Source of the DNA: Octopus bimaculoides
Taxonomy: Eukaryota
Direction: 5' to 3'
Assembly: GCF_001194135.2 (NCBI RefSeq)
Contig: NC_068985.1
Coordinates: forward strand, 16,009,769 to 16,064,710
Length of the DNA stretch: 54,942 nucleotides
Under the pieces are notes generated by a model. That model did not search any database, was not told the origin of the DNA, and was given only the letters and a program-made list of their open reading frames with translations. The stretch's first letter is position 1. Each line of letters begins with the position of its first letter. Both the position numbers and the translations under genes were made by a program. Below, piece by piece: positions 12,628 to 24,267 of the stretch.

Positions 12628-13552
12628 NNNNNNNNNNNNNNNNNNNNNNNNNNNNNNNNNNNNNNNNNNNNNNNNNNNNNNNNNNNNNNNNNNNNNNNNN
12701 NNNNNNNNNNNNNNNNNNNNNNNNNNNNNNNNNNNNNNNNNNNNNNNNNNNNNNNNNNNNNNNNNNNNNNNNNNNNNNNNNNNNNNNNNNNNNNNNNNNN
12801 NNNNNNNNNNNNNNNNNNNNNNNNNNNNNNNNNNNNNNNNNNNNNNNNNNNNNNNNNNNNNNNNNNNNNNNNNNNNNNNNNNNNNNNNNNNNNNNNNNNN
12901 NNNNNNNNNNNNNNNNNNNNNNNNNNNNNNNNNNNNNNNNNNNNNNNNNNNNNNNNNNNNNNNNNNNNNNNNNNNNNNNNNNNNNNNNNNNNNNNNNNNN
13001 NNNNNNNNNNNNNNNNNNNNNNNNNNNNNNNNNNNNNNNNNNNNNNNNNNNNNNNNNNNNNNNNNNNNNNNNNNNNNNNNNNNNNNNNNNNNNNNNNNNN
13101 NNNNNNNNNNNNNNNNNNNNNNNNNNNNNNNNNNNNNNNNNNNNNNNNNNNNNNNNNNNNNNNNNNNNNNNNNNNNNNNNNNNNNNNNNNNNNNNNNNNN
13201 NNNNNNNNNNNNNNNNNNNNNNNNNNNNNNNNNNNNNNNNNNNNNNNNNNNNNNNNNNNNNNNNNNNNNNNNNNNNNNNNNNNNNNNNNNNNNNNNNNNN
13301 NNNNNNNNNNNNNNNNNNNNNNNNNNNNNNNNNNNNNNNNNNNNNNNNNNNNNNNNNNNNNNNNNNNNNNNNNNNNNNNNNNNNNNNNNNNNNNNNNNNN
13401 NNNNNNNNNNNNNNNNNNNNNNNNNNNNNNNNNNNNNNNNNNNNNNNNNNNNNNNNNNNNNNNNNNNNNNNNNNNNNNNNNNNNNNNNNNNNNNNNNNNN
13501 NNNNNNNNNNNNNNNNNNNNNNNNNNNNNNNNNNNNNNNNNNNNNNNNNNNN

Positions 13553-13638
<86 letters not shown>

Positions 13639-13657
13639 CCTTCCTATAGTAGAAAGA

Positions 13658-13707
<50 letters not shown>
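13553..13707. repeat. (AAT)n and (ATT)n tracts in inverted orientation around a 20-nt SINE B tail remnant
   Basis: Spacer CCTTCCTATAGTAGAAAG resembles tail type 2 (CCTTGTGCCTAGAGTAGAAA). Confidence 0.9.
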
Positions 13708-13708
<1 letters not shown>

Positions 13709-15060
13709 ATCATTATTCCAGTGAAATGAATACAACACGGCAAGCTAGTGAATCACGTTATATTTTCACTGCGTACATAAAGTTACTGGCAACAGTCAGT
13801 TACATTAACATCACCTGGTGTATATCAACAGCTAGGTGAACTCTAGATTTTGCGAGATATACAAGTACGTGAATGGAAATTTAAAATCAGTATTATATTA
13901 ACATTAAGCATTACATGTGCCAATGTGAAACAGAATCAGGAAAAACAAACAGACCTACTGCATTCAATTTTTAGAGCTTGAAATGTCGAATATCTTTTAC
14001 AATGAAATCTTAGCAATAAATTCAGCATTATAACTTCCTCCGATCCATATTCATATCAGCTACCCACTATACATGAGAGGCAGCTGCTATTCTTCGTATA
14101 CACAGAATAATCAACACAGGCTACAGATTCGTAAACGGGTAGTCTAAATCACATGATACAATATAACTCATATTACAATAAAATGAACATTAATAAATAC
14201 ATTTTTCTAAGATCGATAAAAATATTTTTTTCTATAAATATAATGTGGCAATACCAAAAATACTCACCTGTGCTTTTCCATAGAATTTAACATATCGGGT
14301 TATTAGATACATACTTTCGGATTTCTTTTTTTTTTTTTTTTCCAGCTTGGAACTCCATTTTCATGTCTGGAAAGAGGCAAAATTTATTCAAATTTCAAGC
14401 ACAATGAACAAAATTTGAAGGCGAATAGTCGCAATATATATATATGTATATATATATATGTATATATATATGTATATATATATATTGTGTTAATTCAAAT
14501 AGGACTGGAAAGTGTTAAAATAAATTAGAAAATAAAAACGAACGAATTTATGTCATAAGCCAGTAAAATAACAACGTAGAAAAAATTGCTATATTTTCCT
14601 ATCTGTCAAATCGTTAACAGATAATAAATCTTGATTTGATAATCAAATTTACTGATAGGAAAATACTAAATATCTTGCTTAGGAAATATTCGTCATTAGC
14701 GACGAAGCTGTACTATTTCAAAATAGCATTCTGTATATCTTACTTAACGTGGATGTCGTATAGAAAGCTACAGAATTGCAGCAGCCGTCTCGAGAATGCA
14801 TTTTGTATTGACGTATAGTGCTAAAAATTACAGATGAATATCAGTAGCAGATGAAAATCGTCTTGCAGGGGCGATGGAATTGCTGGACAATTTTCTTCTA
14901 CTACTAAATGTTTTCGTGCATTTTAGCATATCAAGTCCATACAAGATATTTCGTTAAGACGGATACCGCATTTTTGTGGCTTTGTACACTATATCCACGT
15001 TCAGATATACAGAGTGACATCTTACTAAGGATTTTAAGTAGCGGATATTGAGTGAATATA

Positions 15061-15260
15061 TTTGTTTCAGTCATTGGCATCGTATTAAAAAATTTAGTCA
15101 AACAAATCGACCCCAGCAACGTATTTTTTCTTTAAGTATAATACTTGTTCAGTTGGCTTGTTTTGCCGAACCACTAAGTTATGGGACGTAGCAAACCAAC
15201 ACTGGTTCTCAAATTGTGGAGAGGGAGACAAGTGCAAATACTAAGACACACAGGCACATA
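15061..15260 (-). mobile_element. Old SINE family A 3' half
   Basis: TTGTTTCAGTCATT, AAATCGACCCCAG, TTTGCCGAACCACTAAGTTATGGGACG. Confidence 0.75.
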
Positions 15261-15287
15261 TGTAAATTATATATATATATATTTATA

Positions 15288-15591
15288 CAGGGTATCAAGA
15301 GATACCACCACGCTGAAAAAATAGCAGTCAAATCCTGACTCTAAAACCACAATAAATGTCCGCATGGCATGATTAGCGAAGACGAAGACCAAATGAACCA
15401 GTAAAAATAAGATAATTCCAGAGCATTATTATTTATGCAAAGCCAGAAATCCAGGATTTGGAATTATCTTATTTTTACTGGTTCATTTGGTCTTCGTCTT
15501 CGCTAATCATGCCATGCGGACATTTATTGTGGTTTTAGAGTCAGGATTTGACTGCTATTTTTTCAGCGTGGTGGTATCTCTTGATACCCTG
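15288..15591. mobile_element. Tc1/mariner-type MITE with perfect long inverted arms
   Basis: 15285-15420 and 15459-15594 are exact reverse complements (136/136 by eye); 38-nt spacer; termini TA|CAGGG ... CCCTG|TA. Confidence 0.75.
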
Positions 15592-15734
15592 TATTATAAT
15601 TTTAAATAATTATTACCTTTGATGGTTTTTATTCCCATGCTGACCACTTGATAAGATCAATATTTTAAATATCGATCGTATCCTTATTTATATAAATATA
15701 TATATTTATATATATATATAAACAAACACACGTC

Positions 15735-16051
15735 AGGTTTCTTTCCGTTTCTGTTGTGTCGACGTCCCCAGGCGAAGAAGTAGGATCGCCCAAGACATAA
15801 ATAGAGGTAGTCTGGCCGTGGTAGGTGTGTTGAGTAGCAGTCGAGTAGCCGTTGTGTAGCGGTTGAGTCCAGATCATCCGAAGGTGCTAGATAGCAGTAG
15901 CTTGAGACAACAGTTTCCGTCTACCAAATTCACTCACAAGGATTAGAAGTCCTTGTGATAGTAGAAGTCATTTGCCTAAGGTTCCATGCAATGGGACTGA
16001 ACTCGGAACCATGAGGTTGGGAAGCAAGCTTCTTACCACACAGCCACACCT
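15735..16051 (-). mobile_element. SINE family A 5' half interrupted by a 159-bp insert (15752-15910)
   Basis: Family A head GGTGTGGCTGTGTGGTAAG on minus; insert bounded by CCGTTTC (15745-15751) and CAGTTTC (15911-15917). Confidence 0.8.
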
Positions 16052-16109
16052 AAAATATCGACATCGTACACATGTCGACCGTGAACAAGTTAAAAAAACA
16101 TGACCCCCA

Positions 16110-16340
16110 TAAATGGATCAATGCATGTACAAGTTGCTGCTGTACAGATACCCTCATTGGTTACCAGAAGATCATAGACGAAGGAGTCCTGGATACTCAA
16201 GGCCGTTAAAAGAAGCGACATATTCACTGTTTGACTGTTTTGGGCGCATGATTTACACGATCAGCGTCGACTTCCACACATCTTCATCATCGACTAGGGA
16301 TCTTATTGATCTAGTTTTGCAGCTATAAATGTTTCTAGAC
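16110..16340 (+). pseudogene. Decayed RTE-like LINE post-RT fragment
   Basis: Frameshifted reading QCMYKLL ... LIGYQKIIDEGVL ... LFWAHDLHDQRRLPHIF resembles the recalled RTE pattern RCLRKILGI.W...N.EVL ... LRWAGHV.RM.D.RLPK.IF. Confidence 0.5.
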
Positions 16341-17034
16341 TGTCATTTATGATAATTAGATCATAAAGATGGTGCTAGCAGTTAACTAATTAAATGGCGT
16401 ATAAAATCTAATATAAATCAGCTTTTAGCATGAGCTACAGTTATAAAAATTAGACGACACTTATGGAATAATTTTTGATATTTAAGAGTCACAGAAAGGT
16501 TGCAATGTCTGTGCTAAAGGCAGAGTAATTAAAATTTAATGTAAGTGTTTGTGTGTGTTTGTGCACGCGGGGTGGGGGTTGTGTAATAGTTGAACTAAAT
16601 AGTTAAAATTCTTAAGCTATCAATTAAACATTCTTATATCAATAAACCAAACGCATTCAAGCTTTACTAATCCACTCACGCACACAAACATACACACACA
16701 ACATACATACATACATACATACACTACAAATGATCACGATATCTGAGACTATAAAAATCTGCAGGACCTTCAGATTTAAAGGATAATGGTTAAAACAAGA
16801 TGGTTTTCTTCACAGCCATGCTACCAAGTCGGTGTTCGGTCAAACTTTATTCTATAATAAAAAGAGAAAGAGAACTTACATACATAAATACATACATACC
16901 TACATGCATACATACGTAGGTACGTACGTTCATTCTCATAATGAGGAAAAGGAATACACGCACTCACACGTTCGCGCCTGTGCCTGCACAAGCGCACATA
17001 TGTGCCTCTGTATGTAGGCGTATATATGTATTTG

Positions 17035-17206
17035 TTTCTACTCTAGGCACAAGGCCCGAAATTTTGGGGCAAGAGGATGAGTCGATTATATCGACCCCAG
17101 TACGCAACTGGTACTTAATTTACCTACCCCAAAAGGATGAAAGACAAAGTCGACCTCGGCGGAATTTGAACTCAGAACGTAAAGACAGACGAAATTCCGC
17201 TAAGCA
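17035..17206 (-). mobile_element. SINE family B, tail type 2, 5'-truncated
   Basis: TTTCTACTCTAGGCACAAGGCCCGAAATTTT tail plus GTCGACCTCGGCGGAATTTGAACTCAGAACG. Confidence 0.88.
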
Positions 17207-17349
17207 ACTGTCACTTCACAGATTATAAGAAACACTCACTCCTTAGCACTGAGTAATGCTTGAGATTCACTATGTATGTATGTATGTATATATATATATT
17301 GGTGCACCAGCATGACCGCAGCCACTTGGCTGAAACACATAAATGAATA

Positions 17350-17388
<39 letters not shown>

Positions 17389-17550
17389 CATCTCTGCGTG
17401 AGTTTGGAGTTTTGCTGTCTGGGAGATATATTATCGTAGTTGAATAGTATTTAACTACTATTTCTAAATTTCGTTATGTGGTGAAGCAATTTTGCTGAAC
17501 ACTAATTATAATTATGCTTACAATTATTAAATTTTTTGTACATATATATA

Positions 17551-18150
<600 letters not shown>

Positions 18151-18923
18151 ATTTTACAAACAATATACAATGCTTCAAGCGAACTACAATACTTTGCACA
18201 AATCTGTTTCCCACACGACCTCCGCAGCTACCTGCGGAGGCCAATCAGGGTCCTTAGTACAAGTTAGAACCCCTCCCCTACAACCTTCTTTAGTAAACTT
18301 TTTAATAAATTCTTGAGTTGCTCCTCCCTTGTGGAATAAGATTACAAATTCCTCCTCCATGTAGAGCGAGGCCACAGTTTCCACCGTTGGTGGCACAATT
18401 CCTACTTACCACACAGCCACTCCTGCGCCTATAGGCAAGAATTTTTTTTCTATGCCTTTAATTATAATCGTATATGTATGTATTTATATGTGTATATATA
18501 TATATATATATATGTATATATTTATANNNNNNNNNNNNNNNNNNNNNNNNNNNNNNNNNNNNNNNNNNNNNNNNNNNNNNNNNNNNNNNNNNNNNNNNNN
18601 NNNNNNNNNNNNNNNNNNNNNNNNNNNNNNNNNNNNNNNNNNNNNNNNNNNNNNNNNNNNNNNNNNNNNNNNNNNNNNNNNNNNNNNNNNNNNNNNNNNN
18701 NNNNNNNNNNNNNNNNNNNNNNNNNNNNNNNNNNNNNNNNNNNNNNNNNNNNNNNNNNNNNNNNNNNNNNNNNNNNNNNNNNNNNNNNNNNNNNNNNNNN
18801 NNNNNNNNNNNNNNNNNNNNNNNNNNNNNNNNNNNNNNNNNNNNNNNNNNNNNNNNNNNNNNNNNNNNNNNNNNNNNNNNNNNNNNNNNNNNNNNNNNNN
18901 NNNNNNNNNNNNNNNNNNNNNNN

Positions 18924-18954
<31 letters not shown>

Positions 18955-18960
18955 TATATA

Positions 18961-19070
18961 CACACACAATGGGCTTCTTTCAGTTTGCATCTAGCAAATC
19001 TACTCACGAGGTTTTGGTCGGGGTCCAAGACAATAAATAGCAGAAGACACTTGAATAAGGTGCTACTGCG
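18961..19070 (-). mobile_element. Old SINE family A mid fragment (a head stub also at 18397-18433)
   Basis: GGGCTTCTTTCAGTTT, ACTCACGAGG.TTTGGTCGG, AGAAGACACTTG. Confidence 0.65.
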
Positions 19071-19874
19071 GGCCACCTTGGGCAAGCTATTAATTATGGT
19101 GGTTATAGATACATGTTCATTATTGACAATCTAAACGGTGGCTGATGAGGTTGTACACGCTATTAAAACTACAGTCGACCAATTCTGTGACTTTTCGTTT
19201 TCGATTATGTATGATAATAAATAAATTCTACTTAATTTGCGCTCGCATTGCTGGTTTACATCTATAAGTCCTTCTATATAGTATATCATAAGACAAACAA
19301 ACAAAGACTACTTTAGTGGTCAATAATTTATAGTATCTTTTCGTCAACATTGATCAACTAATGTCACCATGTTAGCTTTTGGTTCTTTTAGAACGTCAAT
19401 TGTTTGCGTAAACAAATGTAACTGAATATTATACATTCATAATAAAACTGTCAGCAGAAAGAACATCTGACATTTCGCTGAAATAATATCTATCTCCATC
19501 TATCAATGGAAGTCTGATTCATATATTTATTTTAATATATCGGTTGTTGATTTGTGATTATATCACTATGTGCATAAGGGATTCTCACATTCTCTGTCAA
19601 ACTGTCTGCATCACTTTCTCTTTCTCTGTCTCTGTCTCTTGGCCTCTCTCTATGTATATTTATATATATATATATATATACATATATATATGCATGTCTG
19701 TATGTATGTGTATCTATACGTATATATATGTTAATGTTTGTTTTTATATTCAGTTATATAGTAAAAACAATTTTACATTAATATGATGGGTTATTCTGTA
19801 CTCTTTCAGAGTAAGATTGTATTATTCTTAAACAAGAATATTATTGACAATGACTTCGAAGTTTGGTCCAAATA

Positions 19875-19876
19875 TA

Positions 19877-19907
<31 letters not shown>

Positions 19908-20038
19908 CTCTCTCTCTCTCCTCTCTGTCTCTCTCTCCTCTCTGTCTCTCTCTCCTCTCTGTCTCTCTCTCCTCTCTGTCTCTCTCTCCTCTCTGTCTCT
20001 CTCTCCTCTCTGTCTCTCTCTCCTCTCTGTCTCTCTCT
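19875..20038. repeat. (TG)n then (CT)n/(CTCTCTGTCT) compound array; similar simple or cryptic TG/TA/AG tracts throughout (e.g. 1-55, 3885-4005, 4360-4435, 6164-6206, 26105-26270, 26430-26990, 27180-27610, 30055-30285, 36897-37100, 47320-48050, 49294-49431)
   Basis: Direct reading; most N-gaps are bordered by these tracts. Confidence 0.95.
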
Positions 20039-20321
20039 NNNNNNNNNNNNNNNNNNNNNNNNNNNNNNNNNNNNNNNNNNNNNNNNNNNNNNNNNNNNNN
20101 NNNNNNNNNNNNNNNNNNNNNNNNNNNNNNNNNNNNNNNNNNNNNNNNNNNNNNNNNNNNNNNNNNNNNNNNNNNNNNNNNNNNNNNNNNNNNNNNNNNN
20201 NNNNNNNNNNNNNNNNNNNNNNNNNNNNNNNNNNNNNNNNNNNNNNNNNNNNNNNNNNNNNNNNNNNNNNNNNNNNNNNNNNNNNNNNNNNNNNNNNNNN
20301 NNNNNNNNNNNNNNNNNNNNN

Positions 20322-20358
<37 letters not shown>

Positions 20359-20372
20359 GTATATATATATAT

Positions 20373-20807
20373 AAGCTTTTGATAAAGAAGATCATGGTAA
20401 GATATGCCACAAACTACATGATCTCGGCATAGCTGGAAAACTTGGAGAGTAGTTACATGACTTTCTGAAAGATAGAAGTTAAGCAGTAGTGTCCAATGGT
20501 ACCACCTCAAAGAAAACACAGATGGTGAGTGGTGTTCCACAGGGTACTGTCTTTGGACCACTGCTTTTCATAGCGGCCATCTCGTATATGCCCTCAACTG
20601 CCCGGATAGCCACCCTTGCCAGCTACGCAGACGATACGAAAGTTTCGCAGAAAATACAGGACCCCAGTGATGTTGCACACCAGCAGCAGGAGTTGGAATC
20701 AATTTACAGATGGGCCGAGGAAAATGATATGCAGTTTAATGCTGTAAAATTCCAAGCCCTGCGCTACAGGCGTCCAAAACTGAATATAAAACTTACAAGG
20801 TACACCG
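20373..20807 (+). pseudogene. CR1-type LINE reverse transcriptase fragment
   Basis: AFDKEDH (with downstream stops), SGVPQGTVFGPLLF, YADDTKV, IYRWAEENDMQFN..KFQ motifs. Confidence 0.9.
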
Positions 20808-20957
20808 GTTTAGTTCCATATCGATTAATATACTTCGGATTTCAGTAATTTGTGTTAGTATTAGTGTTAACACTTATGAAGTTCCAGTTGTCGTTATAGA
20901 TGTTTTCATCCATTCGATATAGAACAGAATTTTATATTATACATACATACACATGCG

Positions 20958-20994
<37 letters not shown>

Positions 20995-21998
20995 NNNNNN
21001 NNNNNNNNNNNNNNNNNNNNNNNNNNNNNNNNNNNNNNNNNNNNNNNNNNNNNNNNNNNNNNNNNNNNNNNNNNNNNNNNNNNNNNNNNNNNNNNNNNNN
21101 NNNNNNNNNNNNNNNNNNNNNNNNNNNNNNNNNNNNNNNNNNNNNNNNNNNNNNNNNNNNNNNNNNNNNNNNNNNNNNNNNNNNNNNNNNNNNNNNNNNN
21201 NNNNNNNNNNNNNNNNNNNNNNNNNNNNNNNNNNNNNNNNNNNNNNNNNNNNNNNNNNNNNNNNNNNNNNNNNNNNNNNNNNNNNNNNNNNNNNNNNNNN
21301 NNNNNNNNNNNNNNNNNNNNNNNNNNNNNNNNNNNNNNNNNNNNNNNNNNNNNNNNNNNNNNNNNNNNNNNNNNNNNNNNNNNNNNNNNNNNNNNNNNNN
21401 NNNNNNNNNNNNNNNNNNNNNNNNNNNNNNNNNNNNNNNNNNNNNNNNNNNNNNNNNNNNNNNNNNNNNNNNNNNNNNNNNNNNNNNNNNNNNNNNNNNN
21501 NNNNNNNNNNNNNNNNNNNNNNNNNNNNNNNNNNNNNNNNNNNNNNNNNNNNNNNNNNNNNNNNNNNNNNNNNNNNNNNNNNNNNNNNNNNNNNNNNNNN
21601 NNNNNNNNNNNNNNNNNNNNNNNNNNNNNNNNNNNNNNNNNNNNNNNNNNNNNNNNNNNNNNNNNNNNNNNNNNNNNNNNNNNNNNNNNNNNNNNNNNNN
21701 NNNNNNNNNNNNNNNNNNNNNNNNNNNNNNNNNNNNNNNNNNNNNNNNNNNNNNNNNNNNNNNNNNNNNNNNNNNNNNNNNNNNNNNNNNNNNNNNNNNN
21801 NNNNNNNNNNNNNNNNNNNNNNNNNNNNNNNNNNNNNNNNNNNNNNNNNNNNNNNNNNNNNNNNNNNNNNNNNNNNNNNNNNNNNATATATATATATATA
21901 TATACACGCATATATATACGTATACATATTATATTTATATATATATAAGGGTATATATACACACATACATATACATGCATGCATACACACACGCATAC

Positions 21999-22046
<48 letters not shown>

Positions 22047-22122
22047 GTGTGTGTGTGTGTATGTGTGTATGTATATGTGTGTATGTATGTATGTGTGTTT
22101 GTCTTTATGTTTAGTTATAATC

Positions 22123-22521
22123 CTTTCTACTATAGGCACAAGGCCTGATGTTTAGGGGCAGGGGTCTAGTCGATTACATCGACCACAGAATTTCACTGGT
22201 ACTTATTTTATCGACCCCGAAAGGATGAAAGGCAAAGTCGACCTCGGCGGTATTTGAACTCAGAACGTAGCGACGAGCAAAATGCTGTTAAGCATTTCGC
22301 ACAGCGGGCTAACGACTCTTTTCTACTCTAGGCACAAGATCCCAAATTTTGCTAGTCGATTAGATCGACCGCAGTATGCAACTGGTACTTAATTTATCGA
22401 CCTCAAAAGGATAAAAGGTAAAGTCAACCTCGGCAGAATTTGAACTCAGAATGTAGCAACAGGTGAAATACCGCTAAGTATTTTGTCCAGTGTGCTAACG
22501 ACTCTGCCAGCTCACCGCCTT
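22123..22521 (-). mobile_element. Two head-to-tail SINE family B copies, tail type 2 (22123-22319, 22320-22521)
   Basis: Both start with TTTCTACT.TAGGCACAAG on plus; the first lacks ~16 nt of head, the second ends GCCAGCTCACCGCC. Confidence 0.88.
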
Positions 22522-22572
22522 GTTTATCTTTGGTTATAATGAAATCAATTTACATTAATTTTGCATTAATAT

Positions 22573-22981
22573 ATAGGCGCAGGAGTGGATGTGTGGTAAG
22601 TAGCTAGCTTGCTTACTAACCACATGGTTCCGTGTTCAGTCCGACTACCTGACATCTTTGGCAAGTGTCTTCTACGATAGCCTCGAGCCAATTAAAGCCT
22701 AGTGAGTGGATTTAGTAGGCGGAAACTGAGAGAAGCCCGTCGTGTATATATATATATATGTGTGTTATTTCTTTACTACCCACAAGGGGCTACACACAGA
22801 GGGGACAAACAAGGACAGACAAACGGATTAAATCGATTATATCGACCCCAGTGCGTAACTGGTACTTATTTAATCGACCCCGAAAGGATGAAAGGCAAAG
22901 TCGACCTCAGAACGTAGCGGGCAGACGAAATACCGCTAAGCATTTCGCCCGGTGTGCTAACGGTTCTGCCAGCTCGCCGCC

Positions 22982-23060
<79 letters not shown>

Positions 23061-23276
23061 TGTGTGTGTGTATGTTTGTGTGTCTGTTTCTGTGCCCCCA
23101 ACATCGCTTGACAACCGATGCTCGTGTGTTTACGTCCCCGTAATCTAGCGGTTCGGCAAAAGAGACAGATAGAATAAGTACTAGGCTTACGAAGAATAGG
23201 TCCTGGGGTCGAATCGCTCGATTAAAGGCGGTGCTCCAGCATGGCCGCAGTCAAATGACTGAAAAAAATAAAAGAA
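22573..23276 (+). mobile_element. Full SINE family A with a nested family B copy
   Basis: Head ATAGGCGCAGGAGTGG; body resumes after 22981; ends GCATGGCCGCAGTCAAATGACTGAAA. Confidence 0.9.
22767..22981 (-). mobile_element. SINE family B, tail type 1, B box deleted, inserted in the family A internal microsatellite
   Basis: GTCGACCTC joins directly to AGAACG; the 16-nt GGCGGAATTTGAACTC present in other copies is absent. Confidence 0.9.
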
Positions 23277-24084
23277 TATTTATATATTACAGCATAGAGT
23301 TAACGACAGATGAGTTGACAGTGAGGCGGACATAACACAATACAATGTAAAACAAGAATAGATAACAAAAATGCAAGTACGATATTAAGAGATGAAATCG
23401 TTAGTAAATTACAAGTCAAATGCACAGACCTACGGACAAGCAGGCAGACAGAGAGTTAAATAATGTAGGTCGGTTAATGGGTTGATGAGGTGATACTGAC
23501 GTTTAGACAGATCTATAATATGTATTTCTGGGACATTAAGCTTTCAGTACTACTTCCTGCACTTTTTATCAAAGTTTTCCTGTTTTAGTTCAATACTATG
23601 TCATAGCATGGATTTTTTTCTTTCCATTCAAAACTATGTGGGACGTATGCTCGCTTATACATGCTTACATACATGGATTTGTGCGTATATGAGTAGGTTG
23701 CTATATATATATATATATATATATATATAGCATGCGTGTGTGTTTGTGCGTTTGCATGTAAATTTAGATGTTTTATTGCGCATGCATGTGTATCAGGGTG
23801 TGTATCAGTTCGTGTGTGTGCGTGTGTGTGTATTTGTGTGTGTATGTGTGTGTTTATATTGTTTAGTATATATGTGTATGCTTATGTCTGTAATTTTCAT
23901 GGATCGTCTTTATTTGCGCTTATATAAGTGTGTATTTTCCACATGCGTTGCCTCTATTTGTAGCTGCCTGAGTGAATGACGACAACTCATAGTGTATGTT
24001 TGTGTAATTGCATATGTGTGGCGTACTTTTAAAACATTTGAACGTGCGTACCTATTTGAATGTGCGTACCCATTTGAATACATA

Positions 24085-24267
24085 TATATTCTTTTACTCT
24101 TTTACTGGAGCACCGCCTTTAGTCGAGAAAATCGACCCCAGGACTTATTCTTTGCAAGCCTAGTACTTATTCTATCAGGCTCTTTTTGCCGAACCGCTAA
24201 GTTATGGGGATGTAAACACACCAGCATCAGTTGTCAAGCGATGGTGGGGGGACAAACACAGATACAA
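24085..24267 (-). mobile_element. SINE family A 3' half with internal deletion
   Basis: TTTTAC joins CTGGAGCACCGCC; otherwise close to the consensus. Confidence 0.88.

Noticed and set aside
18219-18260. Helitron 3' end (hairpin plus CTRR)
   Set aside because: The downstream sequence is CTTAG, not CTRR, and no 5' TC end or second copy was found.
19142-19175. CTGATGA possible hammerhead
   Set aside because: No stem II and no GAAA box follows.
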